Positions 22,730 to 32,801 of a DNA stretch of 34,827 bases are shown piece by piece. Each line of letters starts with the position of its first letter. Position 1 is the stretch's first letter. Origin of the DNA: Nemertoderma westbladi. Its lineage: Eukaryota > Animalia > Xenacoelomorpha. The position numbers were made by a program, and so were the translations under genes. The stretch lies in assembly GCA_032718475.1 (NCBI GenBank), contig JAUCBJ010006754.1:1-34827 (forward strand), written 5' to 3'. The notes beneath the pieces are model-generated. The model was given only the letters and a program-made list of their open reading frames with translations. It was not told the origin of the DNA and ran no database searches.

Positions 22730-22947
22730 TAGGGCTCAACAGAAGCTTCGGCTTCGGTTCGGTTCGGGCCGAAGTTTGGCAATTTCGGTTCGGTTCGGCT
22801 TCTGCAATTGATACTGCAGAAGCCCGGAGCAAACTTTGCTAAATATTCCAAGTATTACATTTACTGATTGAGCTAAGACCAGAAGACAGTAAGACTAATC
22901 AATCTGTCCATCATTGTACTAATTAATTTTGGGATGTAAACGTTAAG

Positions 22948-23320
22948 CAGACACTGGTGCAGAGCAGACAGTGGTGCAGACAGTGGTGTAGACAGTGATG
23001 CAGACAGTGGTACAGATACTGGTGCAGACAATGGTGCAGACAGTGGTGCAGACATTGGTGCAGACACTGGTGCAGACAGTGGTGCAGACAGTGGTTCAGA
23101 CACCTGGTGCAGATAGTGGTGAAGGCAGTGGTGCAGACATTGGTGCAGACAGTGGTACAGACAGTGGTGCAGACATTGGTGCAGACATTGGTGCAGACAG
23201 TGGTACAGACAGTGGTACAGACACTGGTGCAGACATTGGTGCAGACAGTGGTGCAGACACTGGTGCAGACAGTGGTGCAGACAGTGGTGCAGACAGTGGT
23301 GCATACACTGGTGCAGACAA
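22948..23320 (+). repeat. 12-bp satellite array, inner element
   Basis: GGTGCAGACAGT tandem units. Confidence 0.95.
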
Positions 23321-23877
23321 TAAAGGGGCGAGCAGTTTAGTAAAGGAGTAGGTTTCAGAGGAGTATTGGGGGAACCAAAACAATAAACGTTATTGTTTTG
23401 CGGGCTAAGAATTCCTGAGACCTTACTGTAGTTAGTGAATGTATATCCCCAGCATGAGACAATAACTTAATTAGCTCGTTTTATTATACATTAATAAGCA
23501 GTGGCTCCAGTAAAGGTAAACAAATTAAACACACTCTGGATAAAGTAGGTTATGTATAAACAATCAAACACTGTCGCTTAAACCTCATTCCTTGGAGACA
23601 TTGCTGCTTACAATTTATAGACATTATTGTTTATATGAAAACGGGAATACCGATTAATTACTTTCGTACACACCATTTATAATTAATTGTAATCAGGTCC
23701 CATTCACCCCCACGCACTCCGACTTGTACTACATATACTTCCTCCCTACTTCATGTAGAACCTTTCAGTAGTTACTCACATATTTGTAGATAATAAAGTC
23801 TATGATAAAATATAATATAATAGTGCCTGGTGGTATTGTGTTTTGTGGTACTCTGGTATTTCAGTATTTTCACCAGG

Positions 23878-24036
23878 TGTCTGCACCAGTGTTTGCACCA
23901 CTGTCTGCACCAGTGTCTGCACCAGTATCTGCACCAGTGTCTGCACCAGTGTCTGCACCACTGTCTGCACGCTGCACCACTGTCTGCACGAGTGTCTGCA
24001 CCACTGTCCGCACCAGGTGTCTGCACCACTGTCTGC
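23878..24036 (-). repeat. 12-bp satellite array, inverted orientation, inner element
   Basis: GTCTGCACCAGT/GTCTGCACCACT units. Confidence 0.9.
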
Positions 24037-24775
24037 TTAACGTTTACACCCTTAATTGTGGACTGAACTTCCATTTAAAAAATGGATTATTTTTTTAATT
24101 GTTTCCAGTTTACTTTGGCTGTTTGGGTAGTTTCAAAATCAGCTTAATTATACAGTACCGGGTAGTTTAGGTTAGGCTAAATATTGCCATTTTACTTTGT
24201 AGTACCTATTTTTTAATTAATCATCATAACTTTGATACATAATACCAAATATACCTACTACCTCATATAAATAGTATTACAAAGACTACCTGTACTTTTA
24301 GTGAGGTTTTCTAAATTTGATGTCACTACTGACTACTGTACGGCTTACTACGGGTGAAAATGTGGTGCATCGAGTAAGTGCATGCATACAGTAAGTATAC
24401 AGTAGTTTAGGTTAGTAATGTACAGTTACAGTAATGTAAATATCTGAATATTGCCATTTTATTTTGTAGTACTTATTTTTTTATGATTTTCTATGATTAA
24501 TTAAAAAAAATAAGTACTACTTGTCCGAGTTCGCTCGACCTAGTAGTAGTACTTATTTTTTTAATTAATCATAGCTTTCTCGCTAAGTCCGCAGACCAAA
24601 TAGGTACCAGTCTGCCACTGCCAGTCAGCCAGTATAGTGACGTAAACACGAATTTATGACCATAACTTGCTAACTTTCTGAACTTCGGTTCGGATTCGGT
24701 TCGGTTCGGCCCGAAGTTGGCCCTGCTTCGGTTCGGTTCGGTTCGGCCCCATAAAGTGCCTTCTGTTGAACCCTA

Positions 24776-24982
24776 GTCTGCACCACTGTCTGCACCTCTG
24801 TCTGCACCACTGTCCGCATCAGGTGTCTGCACCACTGTCTGCACCAGTGTCTGCACCACTGTCTGCACCACTGTCTGCACGCTGCTCCACTGTCTGCACC
24901 ACTGTCTGCACCAATGTCTGCACCACTGTCTGCACCACTGGCCGCACCAGGTGGCTGCACCACTGTCTGCACCACTGTCTGC
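24776..24982 (-). repeat. 12-bp satellite array, inverted orientation, outer element (right of nested insertion)
   Basis: GTCTGCACCACT units. Confidence 0.9.
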
Positions 24983-25789
24983 TTAACGTTTACACCCTTA
25001 ATTTTGAACTGAACTTCCATTTAAATGGCATTATTTTTTTAATTGTTTCCAGTTTACTTGGGTAGTTTCAAAATTAGCTTAATTACATATACAGTAGTTT
25101 AGGTTAGGCTAAATATTGCCATTTTACTTTGTAGTACCCTATTTTTTAATTAATCATAACTTTGATACATAATACCAAATATACCTACTACCTCATATAA
25201 ATAGTATTACAAAGACTACCTGTACTTTTAGTGAGGTTTTCTAAATTTGACGTCACTACTGTATGGCTTACTACGGGTGAAAATGTGGTGCATACAGTAA
25301 GTGCATGCATACAGTAAGTATACAGTAGTTTAGGTTAGTAATGTACAGTAATGTAAGTATTGCCATTTTATTTTGTAATATTTATTTTTCTAATTAATCA
25401 TTAGCTTTCTCGCTAAGTCCGCAGACCAAATAGGTACCAGTCTGCCACTGCCAGTCAGCCAGTATAGTGACGTAAATACGAATTTATGACCATAACTTGC
25501 TAACTTTCTGAACTTCGGTTCGGATTCGGTTCGGTTCGGCCCGAAGTTGGCCCTGCTTCGGTTCGGTTCGGTTCGGCCCCATAAAGTGCCTTCTGTTGAA
25601 CCCTAATTATGACACTGCCAGACTGCATGCAGTTTGCAGTTATCCCCGTCAGACTGTCAGAACATTTTATTAGATAATCTTTAGCAGATACGAGATACTT
25701 TACCAGATAACGTACACAATTTTGAAGTACTTGTCTACTACTGTACATCAATTTTATATGATCAGTTCAGTACTGAACAGTAATACCTA

Positions 25790-26295
25790 CAGTCGGGGAG
25801 AAGTTCAAATTTCAACTGAGTTGAAATTTAAAACTTTTTTTTTAAAATTCAACTTTTAAGTTGTAAATTCAACTCTAAAATGGCAGGAGGCGCAGAAGGG
25901 CCCCAAGACGTCACAGAAGGGGTGTTTTTATTGTTTTTATGGATGTAACTCGAAAAATTAACCCTCATTACCGATGGAATAAAAACTTTCACCGTCGGGA
26001 ATACTTTTTTTAAAAACATTTTAAGTGATTACATTTGCAAATTAGCTGAAATACTACGGGAATTTATTAGATGCATGAAATGACCGCTGTTTGTCATAAT
26101 TATTATACAATGGAATACCTGTAATGGATTCCAATTCCTTATTTCAGTACCTCCAAAGCTACTCCAAAAGTTGAATTTTAAAAGAAAGTTGAATTTTAAA
26201 CTCTACTCCAAAAGTTGAATTTTAATAAAAAGTTGAATTTTAAAAAATAAAGTTTAAATTTCAACTCAGTTGAAAATAGAACTTCTCCCCGACTG
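25790..26295. mobile_element. MITE (506 bp) with long TIRs starting CAGTCGGGGAGAAGTTC
   Basis: TIR CAGTCGGGGAGAAGTTCAAATTTCAACTGAGTTGAAATTTAAA versus TTTAAATTTCAACTCAGTTGAAAATAGAACTTCTCCCCGACTG; subterminal AAAGTTGAATTTT repeats; ACCTA on both flanks. Confidence 0.9.
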
Positions 26296-26849
26296 ACCTA
26301 CGTATGCCTACTTTTTGACATTAATTTTATACGGTAAAAGTGTATGTACAGCACTTAGGTATTTGGTACCATAGGTCTAATATTTTTATTTCTGTATATG
26401 TGTATCTGTGTATTCCATGCGATTTGTATATGTATTTATGTGTATTCCATGCGATTTTCTGTCTCTGACAATAAATAACTTCAACTTCAGTTCCAGTACC
26501 GTACTGCCGTAGTTCAGTAGTTTATCGCATCGCACCACGCATTCGGTTTTACAGTCAGACAGTACGGTCAGACGGTAGGCCTAACTTGTAACTGTGCAGG
26601 TACCGGTAACTAAAAACCAGCCAAAGCCAACTACTGAACTACAGAAACAGAACTACTGCAGTTCTGAACTATTATTATTTGGCAGTTTGGCGTGGGCGTT
26701 TAAACTAAAGAACTAACTTCAGACAGTCAGAACTTACAACGAACCGATAAACTACACTGCGTGACTGCGACTGCACAATGTCTGACTGTCTGCCTATACT
26801 TATTCAGTAGGCTACTTCAGTTCAGTACCCAGGTCTGCAGACTGCTAGG

Positions 26850-27519
26850 CCAGGCTGCAAACCACCACTAAACCGCGCACAACGCCTGCGCACAATTTTT
26901 CAGCCGCGCAATATCTGACAATATACCGATCATGGACTGAAAAAACGCGCATACCAAGCAGCCAAGCTGAAAAACAATTCAATTCACACAAACTGCAAAC
27001 ATACGAATAAATAAAGTAGGGCCTATTATTTATTAACGTACTGACGTAGGCCTAAAGAAATAAAAAAATAAATTGAAGCAATGCAAAATGAAAAAAAAAA
27101 CATGCCTACATGAGCGAAATTTTTCATTTTAACAATGCCAGAATGCTGCAATGTAAAATGAAAACTAAACCCGAGCGAAGCGTGTGAAATTTTAAACTTT
27201 TATATGTAGCATGTCTGCATGTAGGTCTAAAATGAAAAAAAACGCGAGCGAAGCGAGCGAAATTTTTTTATTTTAACAATGCAAAATGGAACAGAAACGC
27301 GAGCGAAATTTTTTATGGCTAGTTATTTTTCTCATTAAATTGCAGTTTTGCACACATTTATAACTTTTTTACACCTTATCCGCACACTTTGACATTTAAT
27401 ATTTTGCACAGATTACCGCGCACTTTTGGTGTTTTTCACACAATTCCGCGCACTTTTATTTCAATTCCGCGCACAACGCGTTGCGATTTTTGCACTCCAT
27501 TTGCCAGTTTGCAGCCTGG
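26850..27519. mobile_element. Non-autonomous hAT-like MITE (670 bp)
   Basis: TIRs CCAGGCTGCAAAC / GTTTGCAGCCTGG; exact 8-bp TSD CTGCTAGG at 26842-26849 and 27520-27527; subterminal CCGCGCAC repeats and internal GCGAGCGAA repeats. Confidence 0.88.
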
Positions 27520-29934
27520 CTGCTAGGTAGACCTACCTGCTGACTCCAGACTCACCAGCTCACTGACAACTGCTGATCTGGCTGTACTTTATACTCAGAT
27601 ACTACAGTACTATACAGCAGTACAGGCAACAGCACCCTGAACAGGTATTATACCGTATGGTATAAGAAAACTAGGCCTACAGCAGTACAGTACTGCAGTA
27701 CATACTGAATACTGACATAATGCATAAGTAGGTACTGCTGTACTGAAGTAAAAATACAGTCTGACAGTAATTCAGTACAGCAGTAATAGAACCCGTCACG
27801 GCGTGATTGCTGACTTCATTCTGAGCTACCGCTACCGGTATGTCAAATGAAAGTAAACAAACAATAATATGAAATAAATATCCGGTTTGACTAAAGTCCG
27901 CATTCATACACTGTAGGCCTACAGTATGTATCGTAATCGTATTTGCTTATCGTATTTGGTCACTCATATTAGAGTCAATCGTACAGTATACACTGTGTTT
28001 TCACTAGCTTAGCTGCTTAACACGTTTTTTAACTTGATTATGATTGGTTCATTTATCCTAGCCGTTTAACCTTAATAGTTAAAATCATCGCAATTGCGAT
28101 TAATCATTGAAAGCGTCGCATGTTTCACTAAACTTCACTGGACCGTTCTCAATGACATTACTATGTATTATGTTTATTCTGTGTTCAGCGGAAGTGGCCA
28201 TCGGACCGAGTAAATTTTCTTTATTCCAAAATTGTAACATCAAAATCTTGTTATTTAGCACTTTACAACTTTAGAGGACATTACAGTATTGTATTGGCCT
28301 GTACATTTAGTATTGTATTTGTGTTGTGTGATGTCCCTTGTTTAAGTGGTGTGACGGCGAGCTGTAAAGTTACGGCGCCATTGCGGTTGCCACGTAAACA
28401 ATAGGTGGTATTTAATATTAACTGTCTGATAGCAAGATAGGCCTACTTCATTACCCACCGGTAGCTATAAACTATTAACATGGCTCCAAACGCCACCATA
28501 AATATAAGCTAACTTTCTAATAAAATAATTTAGGTCATTTGTACATTTATTTTATGCAGCAACCAATTTAATTTGCGCAGTTTCTATCACTTATAATATA
28601 CAGTATATACAATCATTTCATAATGTTACAATTATGGAATAAAACTACATACATACTTGTTGCAAAGTACTTTACAGTGTTCTGTTCTTCCGGGGCTTTA
28701 TTTTCACTCACTCACTAACGTTCGTTCGTGTAACAAAGCACTCGGATCATCACACTGTAAAGTGCTACTTTACACACTAGTACTGTATGTAAATACAGTA
28801 GTCATTAATGTTGAATATTTCCGAATATTAAATATTCTAAGACAGACGAAAGAAAGATAGAAAATTTCAGGAAAGTTACAATATTACAGTATTACAGTAT
28901 TACGTAGCAGTCATAAAACAATTGTTACAAATTTTACTGCTACCTAGCATACTTTACTTACTAATCTACATACAGTAGTTTTACTATATTTTTTCTGAGA
29001 AACTGAAGATATCGAATTGCTACCGTATTGTAATTTTAATAGATTTTTAGATTAACATTTTATTTCACTATTATCACAGCACTGTCATCAATCCGCTTTT
29101 CTGTAAATAATTATTTTTTAATTTATGCAATTTATTATATATTTTTTATTTGGTCTACCACGTGCCGTTTTTATTTCTGTTTTATTTTGAAATGATTACG
29201 TACCAAGGTCTATTTTTATACATTTTAAACTTGAATTATATTTAGCCTATTTACAGTACAATAACGAAATTTTATGTTTGTTTACTTAAGTTTATATCCA
29301 CATATTAGTACACCTACTATTTAATTGTGCCTTCGTGGCGTTTCCACGTTTTAATATTAATTTGAATAGAGTGTAATAATAAAATAAAATAAAAACCATC
29401 GTCTATTCAGCCTACAAACTTTATTGACGCGTCCACCTGGAGATTCAGAAAACCGAGTGTGCCAACAAATTTATTAAATTCAACTGTGGGGGACGGAGGA
29501 GGTATACAATAAGCAAAATGTCTGAATATTTAAGAATAATATTTTGTAGCCTAAATATGGCACAAAAATAATTCCCAGGAACACACGTTCTATGCATTTC
29601 TCGCTGCACATTAATGAAAAATAACTTTCAATATCATTAAGAAATACAGTAGCAGAGTTATAGACAATTACAATTTGATAATTATTAAAGGGAAAAATTG
29701 TCTTCCTATACTCCTAATCCTAATAAAGGGCCTAATCTTAAATTATTTTGTATAGAAATAACATCTGGTACTTTCCTACAGTAAATAATGGCAGATGGGT
29801 TCCAGAACGATGCTATTTCAGTGGAAAATAACTCCACATAGGAAGCAGTGCAATAAAGCACTGTAACTCACACAGCTTTCCCGCACTAGGCCTATTACTT
29901 TCTATAACTATTTTAGTGTCAGGAAGTAGCCTAC

Positions 29935-30016
29935 GTCATTTTAGCTCAATGGTCTGAGCAAAGGTGCTGTGATATTATTTACCGTGTTCGAAACCCAGTT
30001 GCAGCAGCATATTTTT
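29935..30016 (+). ncRNA. Diverged tRNA-like/Pol III-type sequence, convergent with the tandem array
   Basis: Box A TAGCTCAATGG within D-arm GCTC-AATGGTCT-GAGC, box B GTGTTCGAAAC, ends ATATTTTT; no good acceptor or anticodon stem. Confidence 0.45.
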
Positions 30017-30105
30017 GTTAAATAATTATAAATGAATTGTTGTGGGGTGGGTGACGGCGAATTAAATATATGTTATATTACATTATAATAATGCTTTCCA
30101 TAGCG

Positions 30106-30214
30106 AAAAATATCAACCGCCCCTACTGGGGCTCGAACCCGGTACCTAGGTTTCAAACTTCCGGTTATCATCAGCCGAGTGTGTGTCCTGAGACCACTGA
30201 GCTACCAGGGCGGT
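30106..30214 (-). ncRNA. Candidate Pol III small RNA gene (vault-RNA-like/tRNA-derived), copy 1
   Basis: Minus strand ACCGCCCTGG-TAGCTCAGTGG (box A)-54 nt-GGTTCGAGCC (box B)-CCAGTAGGGGCGGT-TGATA-TTTTT; terminal stem ACCGCCC/GGGCGGT. Confidence 0.6.
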
Positions 30215-30473
30215 AGAAGATTTGTTCGCAATGGAGTGGGCTATCATATTTAGGCCTTTTTCAGTCACTCATAGGAAAGTACAACGTTATTCCCGTGCTC
30301 TGCCAGAAATGGCAACCATGCCTCAAAGAATATCTATATTCAGTGTTGTAGAAACCACTGATACCCCGTATACCGGCCATGCTTGTTAATTAATTATAAA
30401 TGAATAGTTGTGGGGTGGGTGATGGCGAATTAAATATATGTTATATTACATTATAATAATGCTTTCCATAGCG

Positions 30474-30582
30474 AAAAATATCAACCGCCCCTACTGGGGC
30501 TCGAACCCGGTACCTAGGTTTCAAACTTCCGGTTATCATCAGCCGAGTGTGTGTCCTGAGACCACTGAGCTACCAGGGCGGT
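30474..30582 (-). ncRNA. Candidate Pol III small RNA gene, copy 2
   Basis: Identical to copy 1, offset by 368 bp. Confidence 0.6.
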
Positions 30583-30841
30583 AGAAGATTTGTTCGCAAT
30601 GGAGTGGGCTATCATATTTAGGCCTTTTTCAGTCACTCATAGGAAAGTACAACGTTATTCCCGTGCTCTGCCAGAAATGGCAACCATGCCTCAAAGAATA
30701 TCTATATTCAGTGTTGTAGAAACCACTGATACCCCGTATACCGGCCATGCTTGTTAATTAATTATAAATGAATAGTTGTGGGGTGGGTGATGGCGAATTA
30801 AATATATGTTATATTACATTATAATAATGCTTTCCATAGCG

Positions 30842-30950
30842 AAAAATATCAACCGCCCCTACTGGGGCTCGAACCCGGTACCTAGGTTTCAAACTTCCGG
30901 TTATCATCAGCCGAGTGTGTGTCCTGAGACCACTGAGCTACCAGGGCGGT
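30842..30950 (-). ncRNA. Candidate Pol III small RNA gene, copy 3
   Basis: Identical to copy 1. Confidence 0.6.
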
Positions 30951-31209
30951 AGAAGATTTGTTCGCAATGGAGTGGGCTATCATATTTAGGCCTTTTTCAG
31001 TCACTCATAGGAAAGTACAACGTTATTCCCGTGCTCTGCCAGAAATGGCAACCATGTCTCAAAGAATATCTATATTCAGTGTTGTAGAAACCACTGATAC
31101 CCCGTATACCGGCCATGCTTGTTAATTAATTATAAATGAATAGTTGTGGGGTGGGTGATGGCGAATTAAATATATGTTATATTACATTATAATAATGCTT
31201 TCCATAGCG

Positions 31210-31318
31210 AAAAATATCAACCGCCCCTACTGGGGCTCGAACCCGGTACCTAGGTTTCAAACTTCCGGTTATCATCAGCCGAGTGTGTGTCCTGAGACCA
31301 CTGAGCTACCAGGGCGGT
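31210..31318 (-). ncRNA. Candidate Pol III small RNA gene, copy 4
   Basis: Identical to copy 1. Confidence 0.6.
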
Positions 31319-31577
31319 AGAAGATTTGTTCGCAATGGAGTGGGCTATCATATTTAGGCCTTTTTCAGTCACTCATAGGAAAGTACAACGTTATTCCCGT
31401 GCTCTGCCAGAAATGGCAACCATGCCTCAAAGAATATCTATATTCAGTGTTGTAGAAACCACTGATACCCCGTATACCGGCCATGCTTGTTAATTAATTA
31501 TAAATGAATAGTTGTGGGGTGGGTGATGGCGAATTAAATATATGTTATATTACATTATAATAATGCTTTCCATAGCG

Positions 31578-31686
31578 AAAAATATCAACCGCCCCTACTG
31601 GGGCTCGAACCCGGTACCTAGGTTTCAAACTTCCGGTTATCATCAGCCGAGTGTGTGTCCTGAGACCACTGAGCTACCAGGGCGGT
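31578..31686 (-). ncRNA. Candidate Pol III small RNA gene, copy 5
   Basis: Identical to copy 1. Confidence 0.6.
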
Positions 31687-31896
31687 AGAAGATTTGTTCG
31701 CAATGGAGTGGGCTATCATATTTAGGCCTTTTTCAGTCACTCATAGGAAAGTACAACGTTATTCCCGTGCTCTGCCAGAAATGGCAACCATGTCTCAAAG
31801 AATATCTATATTCAGTGTTGTAGAAACCACTGATACCCCGTATGCAGGCCATGCTTGTTAATTAATTGTGGGGTGGGTGACGGCGAATTAAATATA

Positions 31897-31967
31897 ATAT
31901 GTTATATTACATTATGATAATGTTAATGTTACAATGGGGAGCATTATCATAATGTAATATAACATAT
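31897..31967. repeat. Perfect 26-bp inverted repeat closing the array
   Basis: ATATGTTATATTACATTATGATAATG (31897-31922) and CATTATCATAATGTAATATAACATAT (31942-31967), 19-bp spacer. Confidence 0.9.
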
Positions 31968-32168
31968 ATTTTTGTTAAATATAATCCTTAATATTTCAAT
32001 AAAATTTCTTCTGCTATAATCACATACATTTTTGTAGATACGCTGAATTGGAACCTGATGAGAATAAATATTATTGTGTTTTCTGTTTTAATCGAAATCA
32101 TAATTAATATTAATTGAAATAATAATTTAATTAGGCCTACACCAATTACCCGTGAAATACCGTACTGT

Positions 32169-32801
32169 ATGTAACAATGTCTGTATTTCGTTGAGAAACA
32201 GCTGAGATATACTGTAGATGTTCAAAGATTGCAGGAACGATCGTTCGCTTTAGGCCACTTATTCTATTTAATAAATTCACATAATTCTTGAACATGTTAT
32301 TTATTTTATGAGTTACAGTAGATGAGTTTATGAGTTGGTGGGTTATTCATAATTAGGCCAAATGTTCCAGAACATTGTGTATTTTATAGAATAAATGGCC
32401 TTCAGCAAACAATAGTCCTACTTCTTGCAATCTTTGAACGCCTATATGCCTACATATATCTCTGCTGCTTCTCAACGAAATTCAGATATTGTTACATATT
32501 TGGAATCCTTGTAACGCAAGCTTTCTATTGATATGAAAAAGTAATGACTACTGTAAAAGAGTGGCCACGATACGGAGGGTGCTATTTCGCTGAAGACACT
32601 TTTTTAAAACGCTTATAAAAAAAATTAAAGGCAAAATCGAAAATTCCGGCATCATTGGGTCAACGACGGTGAGTTAAACTAGTTGTGTTTCAAATTTCAA
32701 GCAATATAATAAAGATTTATAGAAATTTTTTTTTTCTGGGGGGGGGGGGGGGTCCGTGTTATCAGAAAATGAAACTAAATTATACGGGTCATATGCTGAA
32801 T
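32169..32801. mobile_element. Foldback/MITE-type element, copy 2 (same family as 2205-2899)
   Basis: Central part colinear with 2505-2899; right arm, including the poly-G at ~32738-32752, is the reverse complement of 2205-2440. Confidence 0.78.

Larger units (their letters stand above)
22730..24775. mobile_element. Second copy of the same hAT-like element (2046 bp), nested in the outer copy in the same orientation
   Basis: Same TIRs; GTCTGCAC flanks at 22722-22729 and 24776-24783; internal sequence colinear with the outer copy. Confidence 0.92.
21373..25605. mobile_element. Non-autonomous hAT-like DNA transposon (outer copy) with internal satellite arrays
   Basis: TIRs TAGGGCTCAACAGAAG / CTTCTGTTGAACCCTA; exact 8-bp TSD ATTATGAC at 21365-21372 and 25606-25613; subterminal (TTCGG)n repeats at both ends. 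Confidence 0.92.
30022..31922. repeat. Tandem array of five near-identical 368-bp units plus a partial unit
   Basis: ACCGCCCCTACTGGGG starts at 30116, 30484, 30852, 31220 and 31588 (period exactly 368); only a few substitutions, all outside the RNA-like segment. Confidence 0.97.

Noticed and set aside
21516-25065. Repetitive ORFs (SAPL/VQTV/CLHH/GADS) as antifreeze-like or metal-binding proteins
   Set aside because: They are translations of a stop-free 12-bp satellite inside TSD-flanked transposons, open in several frames at once.
30116-30214. tRNA-Sec call (TTTCAAA on +; GCCC...CTCAGTGGTCT start on -)
   Set aside because: The TCA triplet is on the strand opposite the A/B boxes, and no Sec-type acceptor/T-stem or UCA anticodon arm forms on the transcribed strand.
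30022-31922. CRISPR array, 5S rRNA or spliced-leader RNA repeat
   Set aside because: Units are identical throughout with no variable spacers; no 5S sequence recognised; no convincing splice donor plus Sm-site arrangement seen.
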